Positions 1 through 7,775 of a DNA stretch of 13,640 nucleotides are shown here, piece by piece. The DNA lies in NCBI GenBank assembly GCA_029564175.1, contig JAKQQL010000025.1:1-13640 (forward strand), given 5' to 3'. Numbering within the stretch: position 1 is the stretch's first letter; every line of letters starts with the position of its first letter. This DNA comes from Candidatus Cloacimonadota bacterium (GTDB lineage: Bacteria > Cloacimonadota > Cloacimonadia > Cloacimonadales > WRIO01). Both the position numbers and the translations under genes were made by a program. The notes under the pieces are model-generated. The model had not been told where the DNA came from and ran no database searches. It saw only the letters and a program-made list of their open reading frames with translations.

Positions 1-1500
1 GGCTTTCTTTCGTAATACTCTCATGTTTAGCAGAAGCTACAAGTGGTTCTCTATGCTCTTTGCTTAACCGAGTTTGTTGTTCAGTTTGAATACCAGTCTT
101 TACCTGGAAGTCAGGTTTAGCTTGCTTTTCTGGTGTTTGCGCTTGAACAGCAACTGACGCTTTGTTTGCTAATGATTCAGGTTCCACGTTGCGATTATTT
201 ATGAATGCTTGCTGAACCTTTTGAGATGATGCATCATGATTGTTTTTAACAGGATTGATAAGGCTTTCTTTCGTGAAAGGATCTTGTTTAGCAGAAGCTA
301 CAAGTGGTTCTTTATGCTCTTTATTTAGCTGAGTCTGTTGTTGTTCGGTCTGAACTCCAGTCTTTACCTGAAAATCAGGTTTAGCTTGCTTTTCTGGTGT
401 TTGCACTTGAATAGCAACTGACGCTTTGTTTGCTAATGATTCAGGTTCCACGTTGCGATTATTTATGAAAGCTTGCTGAACCTTTGGAGATAATGCTTCA
501 TGATTGTTTTTTACAGGATTGATAAGGCTTTCTTTCGTGTAAGGATCTTGTTTAGCAGAAGCTACTATTGGTTCATTTTTTTTTTGCTTTAAATGAATCT
601 GCTGGTGTTCGGTCTGAGTTCCAGTCTTTACCTGAAAATCAGGTTTAGCTTGCTTTTCTGGTGTTTGCACTTGAATAGCAACTGACGCTTTGTTTGCTAA
701 TGATTCAGGTTCCACGTTGCGATTATTTATGAAAGCTTGCTGAACCTTTTGAGATGATGCATCATGATTGTTTTTAACAGGGTTGATAAGGCTTTCTTTC
801 GTAATACTTTCATGTTTTGCAAAAGCTACAAGTGGTTCTCTATGCTCTTTGCTTAACCGAGTTTGTTGTTGTTCAGTTTGAAAACCAGTCTTTACCTGGA
901 AGTCAGGTTTAGCTTGCTTTTCTGGTGTTTGCGCATGAGTTGCTAATGATGATTTATTTGCTAACGGTTCAGATAATGAAATCTTTGATTCAGGTTCCAC
1001 GTTGCGATTATTTATGAAAACTTGCTGAACCTTTTGAGCTGATGCTTCATGATTGTTTTTAACAGGATTGATAAGGCTTTCTTTCGTGAAAGGATCTTGT
1101 TTAGCCGAAGCTACTATTGGTTCATTTTTTTCTTGCTTTAAATGAATCTGTTGTTGTTCAGTTTGAATAACAGTCTTTACCTGAACATAAGGTTTAGCTT
1201 GCTTTTCTGGTGTTTGCACTTGAATAGCAACTGACGCTTTTTTTGCTAATGGTTCAGGTTCCACGTTGCGATTATCTATGAATGCTTGCTGAACCTTTGG
1301 AGCTGATGCTTCATGATTGTTTTTAACAGGATTGATTAAGGCTTCTTTTGATATACTTTCATGCTTAGCAGATGCTACTATTGGTTCATTTTTTTCTTGT
1401 TTTAAATGAATCTGCTGGTGTTCGGTCTGAGTTCTAGTCTTTACCAGAAAATCAGGTTTAGCATGCTTTTCTGGTGTTTGCGCTTGAAATGCATCTGATA
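1..1500 (-). repeat. Intragenic tandem repeat, ~264 bp / 88 aa unit, ~5.7 copies visible, runs to the left edge
   Basis: Equivalent positions fall at 1, 262, 526, 790, 1075 and 1339, giving periods of 261, 264, 264, 285 and 264, all multiples of 3. Example unit: QTPEKQAKPDFQVKTGTQTEHQQIHLKQKKNEPIVASAKQDPYTKESLINPVKNNHEALSPKVQQAFINNRNVEPESLANKASVAIQV. Confidence 0.97.
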
Positions 1501-3007
1501 CTTTGCTTACGGGCTGTTCAGATATTATCGATCTTGATTGTCTAACATTTTGGTTAAAGTCAGAATCATGTAATTTACTATTTATCAAATTACTTTCTTT
1601 TTTGTTTTGTCTATCATCTTTAAAACCTGAATCAATAATATTTTCTTTATTCTTTTTATAATGATTTGTTTCTTGTAGATTTGATTGCAATTTTGTTTTT
1701 AGAAGGGGTTCAGAATGATTATTTTGATTAATTTGGTTTAAAAAGTTTTTATTATTCTCTTGCAAATGAGCACTTTGCATATTATGATTAGAGAGTGGAA
1801 TTTTGTTAGTGATAACTTGAGTATTTGATTTAACAGTTTCAGAATTTATAGCAACATCATTTTCTGAAAACTGTATACTTTTTAAAGCAGGATTCTTTAT
1901 GAATGATATATCACTTTTAATTCTAATTGATGAATTTATTAATATATCATTTGATGTATGTTCTGTTTTTTTTGAATCATCCACATTGGGATCATATACT
2001 TTATTTTTTTGGATATTGCTTTTAAACGATGTTATATTTTCAACTTTACTATTGGATGTTTCTTCTTTATGAGGATTCATTTTAGTAATTTCGAGGTTAA
2101 CTTTTTGGCTAGATTTTTGTGTCTCTTTGTTCAGATTATTAATAAGACCTGTAGATTTTGTTCCAACATCACTTTTTTCAGATTTTTCATTTTTGGATGT
2201 TTGAGCATTGTCTGTTTTAACATTAAAATACATTTTACTGTTTTTTTCAAGAGAGACCGCTTTAAGAAGATTTCTATGGGTCGTTTTCATAATCTCATTT
2301 AAGTCAGATTTATAATTTATTACTTCTTTTTTCGTGATATTTGAAGCATTTGATTGATTATCATGTTCATATTTTGTAGTATTATTTAAATTGGGTTGTT
2401 GTTTTTTTGCATCTTTTTCTAATAATTCATCATTAGAATTCACATTTTTTTTGCTCACTTTTTTATCAGGATTTTGATTTTGAATATTCATATCGTTAAT
2501 CAAAAGTTGCACTAAAATACTATTATTGAACCCAGCTTTTTCAGATATTTCATTTTGATTGTCTATTTTATTCAAAACTGCGACTCTGTCATTTAGATTT
2601 ATTTTATTTGGTTGACCTATTAAAACACCTGATTTATCATAACTAGGACTTTCTTCTAATTGTAGTTTTATCATTTTCTGAACATTATTAGCATTTCCAT
2701 GATTATTCAACTTTTCTGAATTGCTTCCATTGAGAAAATGTTCAGTTACTTTTATCAGATGATCATTTTTCATCAGGTAAACATCTGCTTTACTTTGCAT
2801 TAAAAAATCTTTCAACTCAGTTATGGATAACTCAATTGTTTGATTTTTTATAGAATAAGAAGCCGACTGCAAGTTTTTTTGTGAGATATTATTCAAAAAG
2901 AATCCAGAAAATGAGTTTAATCCAATTGATTTATTTAATGAATTATTCTGATCAATTTTTAGATAAAAAGTGTTGTTTGAAGGTTGTTTAGTTGCCAGAG
3001 TTTTCAT
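1..3007 (-). CDS. Large low-complexity repeat protein, putative flagellar hook-length control protein FliK (3' end outside window, >=1002 aa)
   Basis: Translated by hand: ATG at 3007-3005 (MKTLATKQPSNNTFYLKIDQNNSLNKSIGLNSFSGFF...), AGGAGA RBS at 3020-3015, no in-frame stop down to base 2. It is absent from the ORF track, presumably because no stop lies in the window. It is rich in K/N/S/Q/E/T, has no Sec signal, and I found no Cys or Trp codon. It lies directly after fliJ and a motE/ylxF-like gene, the usual fliK position. The diagnostic C-terminal FliK domain is not visible, so the ORF is well supported but the FliK identity is inferred. Confidence 0.7.
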   Translation of the reverse strand, partial: MKTLATKQPSNNTFYLKIDQNNSLNKSIGLNSFSGFFLNNISQKNLQSASYSIKNQTIELSITELKDFLMQSKADVYLMKNDHLIKVTEHFLNGSNSEKLNNHGNANNVQKMIKLQLEESPSYDKSGVLIGQPNKINLNDRVAVLNKIDNQNEISEKAGFNNSILVQLLINDMNIQNQNPDKKVSKKNVNSNDELLEKDAKKQQPNLNNTTKYEHDNQSNASNITKKEVINYKSDLNEIMKTTHRNLLKAVSLEKNSKMYFNVKTDNAQTSKNEKSEKSDVGTKSTGLINNLNKETQKSSQKVNLEITKMNPHKEETSNSKVENITSFKSNIQKNKVYDPNVDDSKKTEHTSNDILINSSIRIKSDISFIKNPALKSIQFSENDVAINSETVKSNTQVITNKIPLSNHNMQSAHLQENNKNFLNQINQNNHSEPLLKTKLQSNLQETNHYKKNKENIIDSGFKDDRQNKKESNLINSKLHDSDFNQNVRQSRSIISEQPVSKVSDAFQAQTPEKHAKPDFLVKTRTQTEHQQIHLKQEKNEPIVASAKHESISKEALINPVKNNHEASAPKVQQAFIDNRNVEPEPLAKKASVAIQVQTPEKQAKPYVQVKTVIQTEQQQIHLKQEKNEPIVASAKQDPFTKESLINPVKNNHEASAQKVQQVFINNRNVEPESKISLSEPLANKSSLATHAQTPEKQAKPDFQVKTGFQTEQQQTRLSKEHREPLVAFAKHESITKESLINPVKNNHDASSQKVQQAFINNRNVEPESLANKASVAIQVQTPEKQAKPDFQVKTGTQTEHQQIHLKQKKNEPIVASAKQDPYTKESLINPVKNNHEALSPKVQQAFINNRNVEPESLANKASVAIQVQTPEKQAKPDFQVKTGVQTEQQQTQLNKEHKEPLVASAKQDPFTKESLINPVKNNHDASSQKVQQAFINNRNVEPESLANKASVAVQAQTPEKQAKPDFQVKTGIQTEQQTRLSKEHREPLVASAKHESITKES

Positions 3008-3018
3008 AAAACACTCTC

Positions 3019-3759
3019 CTATTCGGCCATTTTTTGTGTATAAATTGCTGCCATTTGAGGTTGCATTGCAGCAAGAATTTTAGCTGCTTTTTTTTGATTT
3101 AATGATTTAAGAATCATTAATCCCTTATTTACTGGCATTTTCTGTATAAAATCAGCTGCTTTTTTGGGATCCATGTTGTTATATATTTTAGCAACTGACT
3201 TTAAGTTATCAGCGCTTTCTTTAGATTTTTGTTGTCTTGTTTCTTCTTCATATTCAGATTTAAGGGTAGTAATTTTCTTTTCATATTCTGCTATTCTTGC
3301 ATTTTGATTTTTTATAACTTCATCCTTTTTTCTTAGAGATGATTTATATTCTCCAATTTCTCTGGCCATTTGATCCTTGTTTTTTTTATAAATACGAACT
3401 TCATCTTTTAATGCTTTTAAAGTGGAATCTACTTTAGCCCATTGTTTATCTTGTTCTTCTTTGTTTAGAGGCTCTTCAGACTTAATACCATGAATATTTT
3501 TAATTTTTTCTACAAGACTCATAAGTAGCTTTTCATCATCAGAATAATTATTTTCTATAGTTTTTTCTTTCTTTTTCTCTACCGGTTTTACATTTTTAAA
3601 TATATCTTCACTGGTACTATCTTTCTTTGCTTCCTTTTTCAAACTATCAGCAGGTACACTTACATTCTTCTTATTCTTGGTCATAAAAAAAAGTGTCGCA
3701 CTAGTTAAAGCAAAAGATAAGATAAAGATAAAAATATAGACCAGAGCTTCTTTTTTCAT
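3019..3759 (-). CDS. Flagellar MotE/FlbB/YlxF-like protein (N-terminal TM, coiled coil, MgtE-N-like C-terminal domain)
   Basis: Hydrophobic segment ALVYIFIFILSFALTSATLFFM, a long K/E-rich coiled coil, and C-terminal AKIYNNMDPKKAADFIQKM...LKSLNQKKAAKILAAMQPQMAA typical of this family. ATGA overlap with the fliJ stop. Confidence 0.8.
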   Translation of the reverse strand: MKKEALVYIFIFILSFALTSATLFFMTKNKKNVSVPADSLKKEAKKDSTSEDIFKNVKPVEKKKEKTIENNYSDDEKLLMSLVEKIKNIHGIKSEEPLNKEEQDKQWAKVDSTLKALKDEVRIYKKNKDQMAREIGEYKSSLRKKDEVIKNQNARIAEYEKKITTLKSEYEEETRQQKSKESADNLKSVAKIYNNMDPKKAADFIQKMPVNKGLMILKSLNQKKAAKILAAMQPQMAAIYTQKMAE

Positions 3760-4211
3760 TTATGACTATCCTGTTTCATCCTGAAATTCTGTATTGAAAC
3801 TTCATCCAGAACAATTTGCTGTTGTTTTTTATAATTCTTTTGAAACTCGTCGTATTTTATTTCTTTTAATCTTTCTAAAGATTTCTTTTCCTGAGATTTA
3901 ACCACTAACATACTTTTAATTTTTTCTTCTTTTACAATAAAAGTTTTTAATTCAGTCATAAACAACTCTAATCTTTTATGCAAACTATCCAAATATTTGT
4001 AATGCATCATCATTTCTGCAGAATCAGTACTTCGTTGATTTAATAATGATAAATTTATTCTCTCCTGAGAAATTTTTTCTTGAATATCAAGAATTTTATT
4101 CTCTTGATCAATGATGTCCTTTTGTATCAGTAAGAGGTCCTTTTGAAGTATCTTTTCTTCAATCTCTTTGACTTCCAGTACTTTTTCCAGGGAAAACTGA
4201 AACTTTTTCAT
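3756..4211 (-). CDS. fliJ: Flagellar export protein FliJ
   Basis: 151 aa. N-terminus MKKFQFSLEKVLEVKEIEE and C-terminal EKKSLERLKE...QQQIVLDEVS match the FliJ pattern; all coiled coil. GAGG RBS at 4220-4217. Confidence 0.9.
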   Translation of the reverse strand: MKKFQFSLEKVLEVKEIEEKILQKDLLLIQKDIIDQENKILDIQEKISQERINLSLLNQRSTDSAEMMMHYKYLDSLHKRLELFMTELKTFIVKEEKIKSMLVVKSQEKKSLERLKEIKYDEFQKNYKKQQQIVLDEVSIQNFRMKQDSHK

Positions 4212-4247
4212 CTTGCCCTCACATATTCAAATTTCTATTAGTATTTT

Positions 4248-4263
4248 TGCAAGGGCTATGCCA
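4248..4263 (-). promoter_or_regulatory. sigma54 (-24/-12) promoter of the fliJ operon
   Basis: The minus strand reads TGGCATAGCCCTTGCA: exact GG-N10-GC spacing and close to consensus TGGCAC-N5-TTGCA. It ends 36 nt upstream of the fliJ ATG. Confidence 0.85.
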
Positions 4264-4335
4264 TAAAAGTAATCATTGAAAATTCTGATCTTATGACCAA
4301 AAATTAAAAATAATGATTGATTATTGCGAATTATA

Positions 4336-4364
4336 TTGACAAATAAAACAGAAATGCAAGTATT
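4336..4364 (+). promoter_or_regulatory. Possible sigma70 promoter for tyrS
   Basis: Perfect TTGACA at 4336-4341, but the -10 candidates (AAGTAT/AGTATT) are weak. Confidence 0.4.
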
Positions 4365-4394
4365 GGCACGTTATTTAATATTTAGGGAGTCATC

Positions 4395-5600
4395 ATGAAA
4401 AACTTAGATGAACAATTGAAAATGATAAAAAAAGGGGTCGAAGAAATTATACCTCAGGATGAATTAATCAAAAAAATTGAAAAATCAATAAAAACAGGAA
4501 AACCACTTAGAATCAAGTATGGTATTGACCCTACAGGCTATGATGTTCATATTGGACATTTGGTTCCTATCAGAAAAATGAGAGAATTCCAGGATCTTGG
4601 ACATACTGGAGTCATCATAATTGGCGATTATACTGCCCAAATTGGTGATCCAACCGGCAGAGATGAGTCAAGACCACCCTTAACTCAGGAACAAGTAAAA
4701 AAAAATAGCGAAAAGTATATGGAACAATTATTTACTGTTCTTGACAGAGAAAAAACTGAGATCAGATATCAGTCAGAATGGTTCGGAAATTTGGGGTTAA
4801 TGGATGTAATCAAGTTGTTATCAAAATTTACTCTTGCCCAATTCATGGCACATGATACTTTTAGAAAACGATGGGAATCAGGAAATCCTCTTTTTATGCA
4901 CGAAATCATGTACCCTCTCCTTCAAGGATATGACTCTGTTGCAATTGAAGCTGATATTGAGTTAGGTGCAACTGAGCAAAAATTCAACATTCTTTCAGGG
5001 CGTGATATGCAAAAATTCTATAATATGGATCAGCAGGTAGCGATTCTTTCCCCTATTCTTTTAGGTACATGTGGAACCAGAAAAATGGGAAAAAGCTTCA
5101 ATAATTATATCGCTGTATTTGATACGCCTTCTGATAAATATGGTAAAGTGATGTCAATACCTGATAATCTGATTTTAAACTACTTTAATTATGCAACCAA
5201 AGTTGATCCAGATGAGATTAACAAGATTAAAGAAGATATTGATTCAGGAGCTAATCCAAAATACATTAAACAAAGACTGGCAAGAGAAATTGTAAGTCTT
5301 TACCATGGAGAAGAAATTGCACAAAATGCAGAAAACGAATTTAACAAGATATTCAGTCAAAAAGAAATACCAACAGATATTGAAACCTTGATATTAACTG
5401 AAATGCCGGTCTGGATTATTAAACTTTTGACAGACAGCAAACTATGCACTTCCAGCAGTGAAGCAAGAAGAATGATTAAACAAGGTGCAGTCAGTTTAAA
5501 TAACGAAAAAATTATAGATGAGAATTTGCAATTAGAAATCAGTGAAGAAGTCGTTATCAAAGTTGGAAAACGAAAATTTTTAAAGTTGATTAAAGGATAA
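4395..5600 (+). CDS. tyrS: Tyrosine--tRNA ligase
   Basis: KYGIDPTG..HIGH and KMGKS class I motifs, YPLLQGYD, and a C-terminal S4-like domain (SSSEARRMIKQGAV...KVGKRKF). AGGGAG RBS at 4384-4389. Confidence 0.98.
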   Translation: MKNLDEQLKMIKKGVEEIIPQDELIKKIEKSIKTGKPLRIKYGIDPTGYDVHIGHLVPIRKMREFQDLGHTGVIIIGDYTAQIGDPTGRDESRPPLTQEQVKKNSEKYMEQLFTVLDREKTEIRYQSEWFGNLGLMDVIKLLSKFTLAQFMAHDTFRKRWESGNPLFMHEIMYPLLQGYDSVAIEADIELGATEQKFNILSGRDMQKFYNMDQQVAILSPILLGTCGTRKMGKSFNNYIAVFDTPSDKYGKVMSIPDNLILNYFNYATKVDPDEINKIKEDIDSGANPKYIKQRLAREIVSLYHGEEIAQNAENEFNKIFSQKEIPTDIETLILTEMPVWIIKLLTDSKLCTSSSEARRMIKQGAVSLNNEKIIDENLQLEISEEVVIKVGKRKFLKLIKG

Positions 5601-5605
5601 AGATT

Positions 5606-6262
5606 GTGGATATAGTAAGTATTAGCATACAGGTGATTGTTGTAATTATGAGCATCACCATTCATGAATATTCTCATGCACTCAGTGCATACTGGCTTGG
5701 AGATGATACAGCTAAAAGGGCAGGTCGGTTGAAACTAAACCCCATATCACATTTAGATCCCATAGGAGCAATCATGTTATTGGTAGTTCATATCGGGTGG
5801 GCAAAACCTGTACCTATTAATCCATACAATTTTAAAGATATGAAAACAGGAACGGCAATCAGTGCAGCAGCCGGCCCAATATCAAATTTTATCATGGCAA
5901 CATTATCTGCACTGTTGGTAAGATTTGTTTACGGCTTTGGATTTCTTAATCAGTTAGACAATGGGATTGCGTTTATTTTTTTATCACTTTTAATCAAATT
6001 TCTTTACTTCTCCGTATTCATTAACCTTGCTCTTGGACTTTTTAATTTGATACCTCTACCTCCGCTCGATGGTTCTAAAATACTAGGAGGTTTTTTAAGT
6101 GATGAAATGTATTTTAAATATACTGCCAAAGAAAAACAAGGTGCTTATATCCTTATGATCATTATGGCAGTTTCTTTTATCTTTAAAATCCCTATTTTTG
6201 GGATGATTATCAATCAGCCATTACAATATCTTACACAATTACTTTTAGGAAATATTATTTAA
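5606..6262 (+). CDS. Site-2 protease family (M50) membrane zinc metalloprotease
   Basis: HEYSH (HExxH), GWAKPVP, AAGPISN and FNLIPLPPLDG motifs; several TM segments; GTG start 5 nt after the tyrS stop. Confidence 0.95.
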   Translation: MDIVSISIQVIVVIMSITIHEYSHALSAYWLGDDTAKRAGRLKLNPISHLDPIGAIMLLVVHIGWAKPVPINPYNFKDMKTGTAISAAAGPISNFIMATLSALLVRFVYGFGFLNQLDNGIAFIFLSLLIKFLYFSVFINLALGLFNLIPLPPLDGSKILGGFLSDEMYFKYTAKEKQGAYILMIIMAVSFIFKIPIFGMIINQPLQYLTQLLLGNII

Positions 6263-6281
6263 AAAATACAGGAGGTCTTAA

Positions 6282-7703
6282 ATGGACGTCAATGAACTGA
6301 AAAAGATGATTGAAGAAAATGATGTGAAAGCAGTAGATTTGAAGTACTGTGGACTGGAAGGTCGTTGGTATCATATTACATTTCCTGCCAGAAGACTCGA
6401 TTATGTACTTGCTCATGGTGTGTCATTTGATGGATCAAGTATTCCAGGTATGCGAGCTGTTGAATCTGGTGATATGATAATCAGACCAGATATTGAAACG
6501 GCATGGATTGATCAATTTACCGAAACACCTATACTTAGAATGCTTTGTTCAATCTGTGATGCACAAACTGGAATTGGTGTAAAAAAAGACCCTAGAAGTG
6601 TTGCATTAAGAGCTCAGGATTATATGACTCAGACCGGTATTGCTGACCAGTCTTTGTGGATTCCAGAGCTTGAATTCTATCTCTTTGATGAAGCAGAATT
6701 TTATAATTCAAAATATAATTCAGGGTACATGTTTTCATCCAGTCAAAACAAAGATTGTCTTCCTGATGAGTTCAATGATAGTGACGCTATCTCTCAGCAA
6801 GATAGAAAAGGCTACCATATGGACACACCCTTTGACAGATACTTTGAGTTAAGACAGGAAGTGGTAGATTATCTTGAAGAAATGAAAATAGATGTACGTT
6901 ATCACCATCATGAAGTAGGACTTGCTAGTCAACAGGAAATAGAAACTGAACTTTCTGATTTTCCAAGAATTGCTGACTCAGTAATGATAATGAAAGATAC
7001 AATTAGAAAAGTATCTCATGAATACGGATTAACAGCTACTTTTATGCCAAAACCAATCTATAACGAGCCTGGAAATGGAATGCACTTTCACATCCAGTTA
7101 AGAAAAGAAGGTAAAAATATTTTCTTTGAAAAAGGAAGATATGCAGATTTATCTCATGAAGCACTCTATTTTATAGGTGGTATTCTCCAACACGGTGCAT
7201 CACTAACTGCATTCACAAACCCAAGTACCAATTCATTTAAAAGACTCTTACCTGGTTTTGAAGCACCAGTAAAATTGTTCTACGGTCTTGCTAACAGAAG
7301 TGCAGCAATCAGAATTCCAAATTATGTTCATACTGAAGAAGGCAAAAGAATTGAATTCAGAACAGGTGATGCAACAGCTAATCCATACCTTGCAATGAGC
7401 GCAATATTAATGGCTGGACTTGATGGTATAAAAAACAAAATTCACCCAAATGAACTTGGGTATGGACCATATGATGATAATGTGTTTAACTGGCCTAAAA
7501 AAATGCAAGATGAACTAAAGTCTATCCCAACTAATCTTGAAGATGCTTTGCTCGCATTGAAATCAGATCATGAGTATTTACTTGCTGGCGAGGTGTTTAA
7601 TAAAGAGTTGATAGAGTCATGGATAGAGATAAAAATGAAAGAAGTTTATGCTGTTGATCAAAGACCTCATCCATATGAAATGAATTTATACTACAATCTA
7701 TAA
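6282..7703 (+). CDS. glnA: Glutamine synthetase type I
   Basis: FDGSSI, PELEFYLF, HHHEV, TFMPKP, GNGMHFH, PGFEAP, NRSAAIRIP and RIEFR motifs are all present. AGGAGGT RBS at 6270-6276. Confidence 0.97.
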   Translation: MDVNELKKMIEENDVKAVDLKYCGLEGRWYHITFPARRLDYVLAHGVSFDGSSIPGMRAVESGDMIIRPDIETAWIDQFTETPILRMLCSICDAQTGIGVKKDPRSVALRAQDYMTQTGIADQSLWIPELEFYLFDEAEFYNSKYNSGYMFSSSQNKDCLPDEFNDSDAISQQDRKGYHMDTPFDRYFELRQEVVDYLEEMKIDVRYHHHEVGLASQQEIETELSDFPRIADSVMIMKDTIRKVSHEYGLTATFMPKPIYNEPGNGMHFHIQLRKEGKNIFFEKGRYADLSHEALYFIGGILQHGASLTAFTNPSTNSFKRLLPGFEAPVKLFYGLANRSAAIRIPNYVHTEEGKRIEFRTGDATANPYLAMSAILMAGLDGIKNKIHPNELGYGPYDDNVFNWPKKMQDELKSIPTNLEDALLALKSDHEYLLAGEVFNKELIESWIEIKMKEVYAVDQRPHPYEMNLYYNL

Positions 7704-7718
7704 GCTAGATATTTATAT

Positions 7719-7748
7719 AGAGACGTACTTATGTACGTCTCTTTTTTT
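7719..7748 (+). terminator. Rho-independent terminator after glnA
   Basis: Perfect 10-bp stem AGAGACGTAC-TTAT-GTACGTCTCT followed by a T-tract (to 7748), 15 nt after the glnA stop. Confidence 0.88.
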
Positions 7749-7775
7749 AAAAATAACAAACATTATTGGAGAATT

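Noticed and set aside
576..585. A10 tract on the coding strand as a phase-variation switch
   Set aside because: It is in frame and differs by one substitution from sister units (tttttttcttg). A/T runs of 7-9 nt are common throughout this AT-rich window.
1..1500. Repeat array as CRISPR or non-coding repeat
   Set aside because: Units are ~264 bp and contiguous with no unique spacers, and they translate without stops on the minus strand, so this is a coding repeat.
2009..2302. 97-aa plus-strand ORF
   Set aside because: Antisense shadow of the long minus-strand ORF; its F/I/C-rich composition mirrors K/N/T codons.
4364..4378. TGGCACG as a sigma54 promoter for tyrS
   Set aside because: The -24 element is good, but the -12 position reads TTAA and lacks the required GC.
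4265..4394. T-box riboswitch upstream of tyrS
   Set aside because: The leader is too short and AT-rich, with no T-box motif or terminator hairpin.
5357..5677. 106-aa minus-strand ORF
   Set aside because: Antisense to tyrS and the protease gene, with no recognisable motifs.
6640..6852. 70-aa alternative-frame ORF
   Set aside because: Lies inside the intact glnA gene, with no RBS or motif support.
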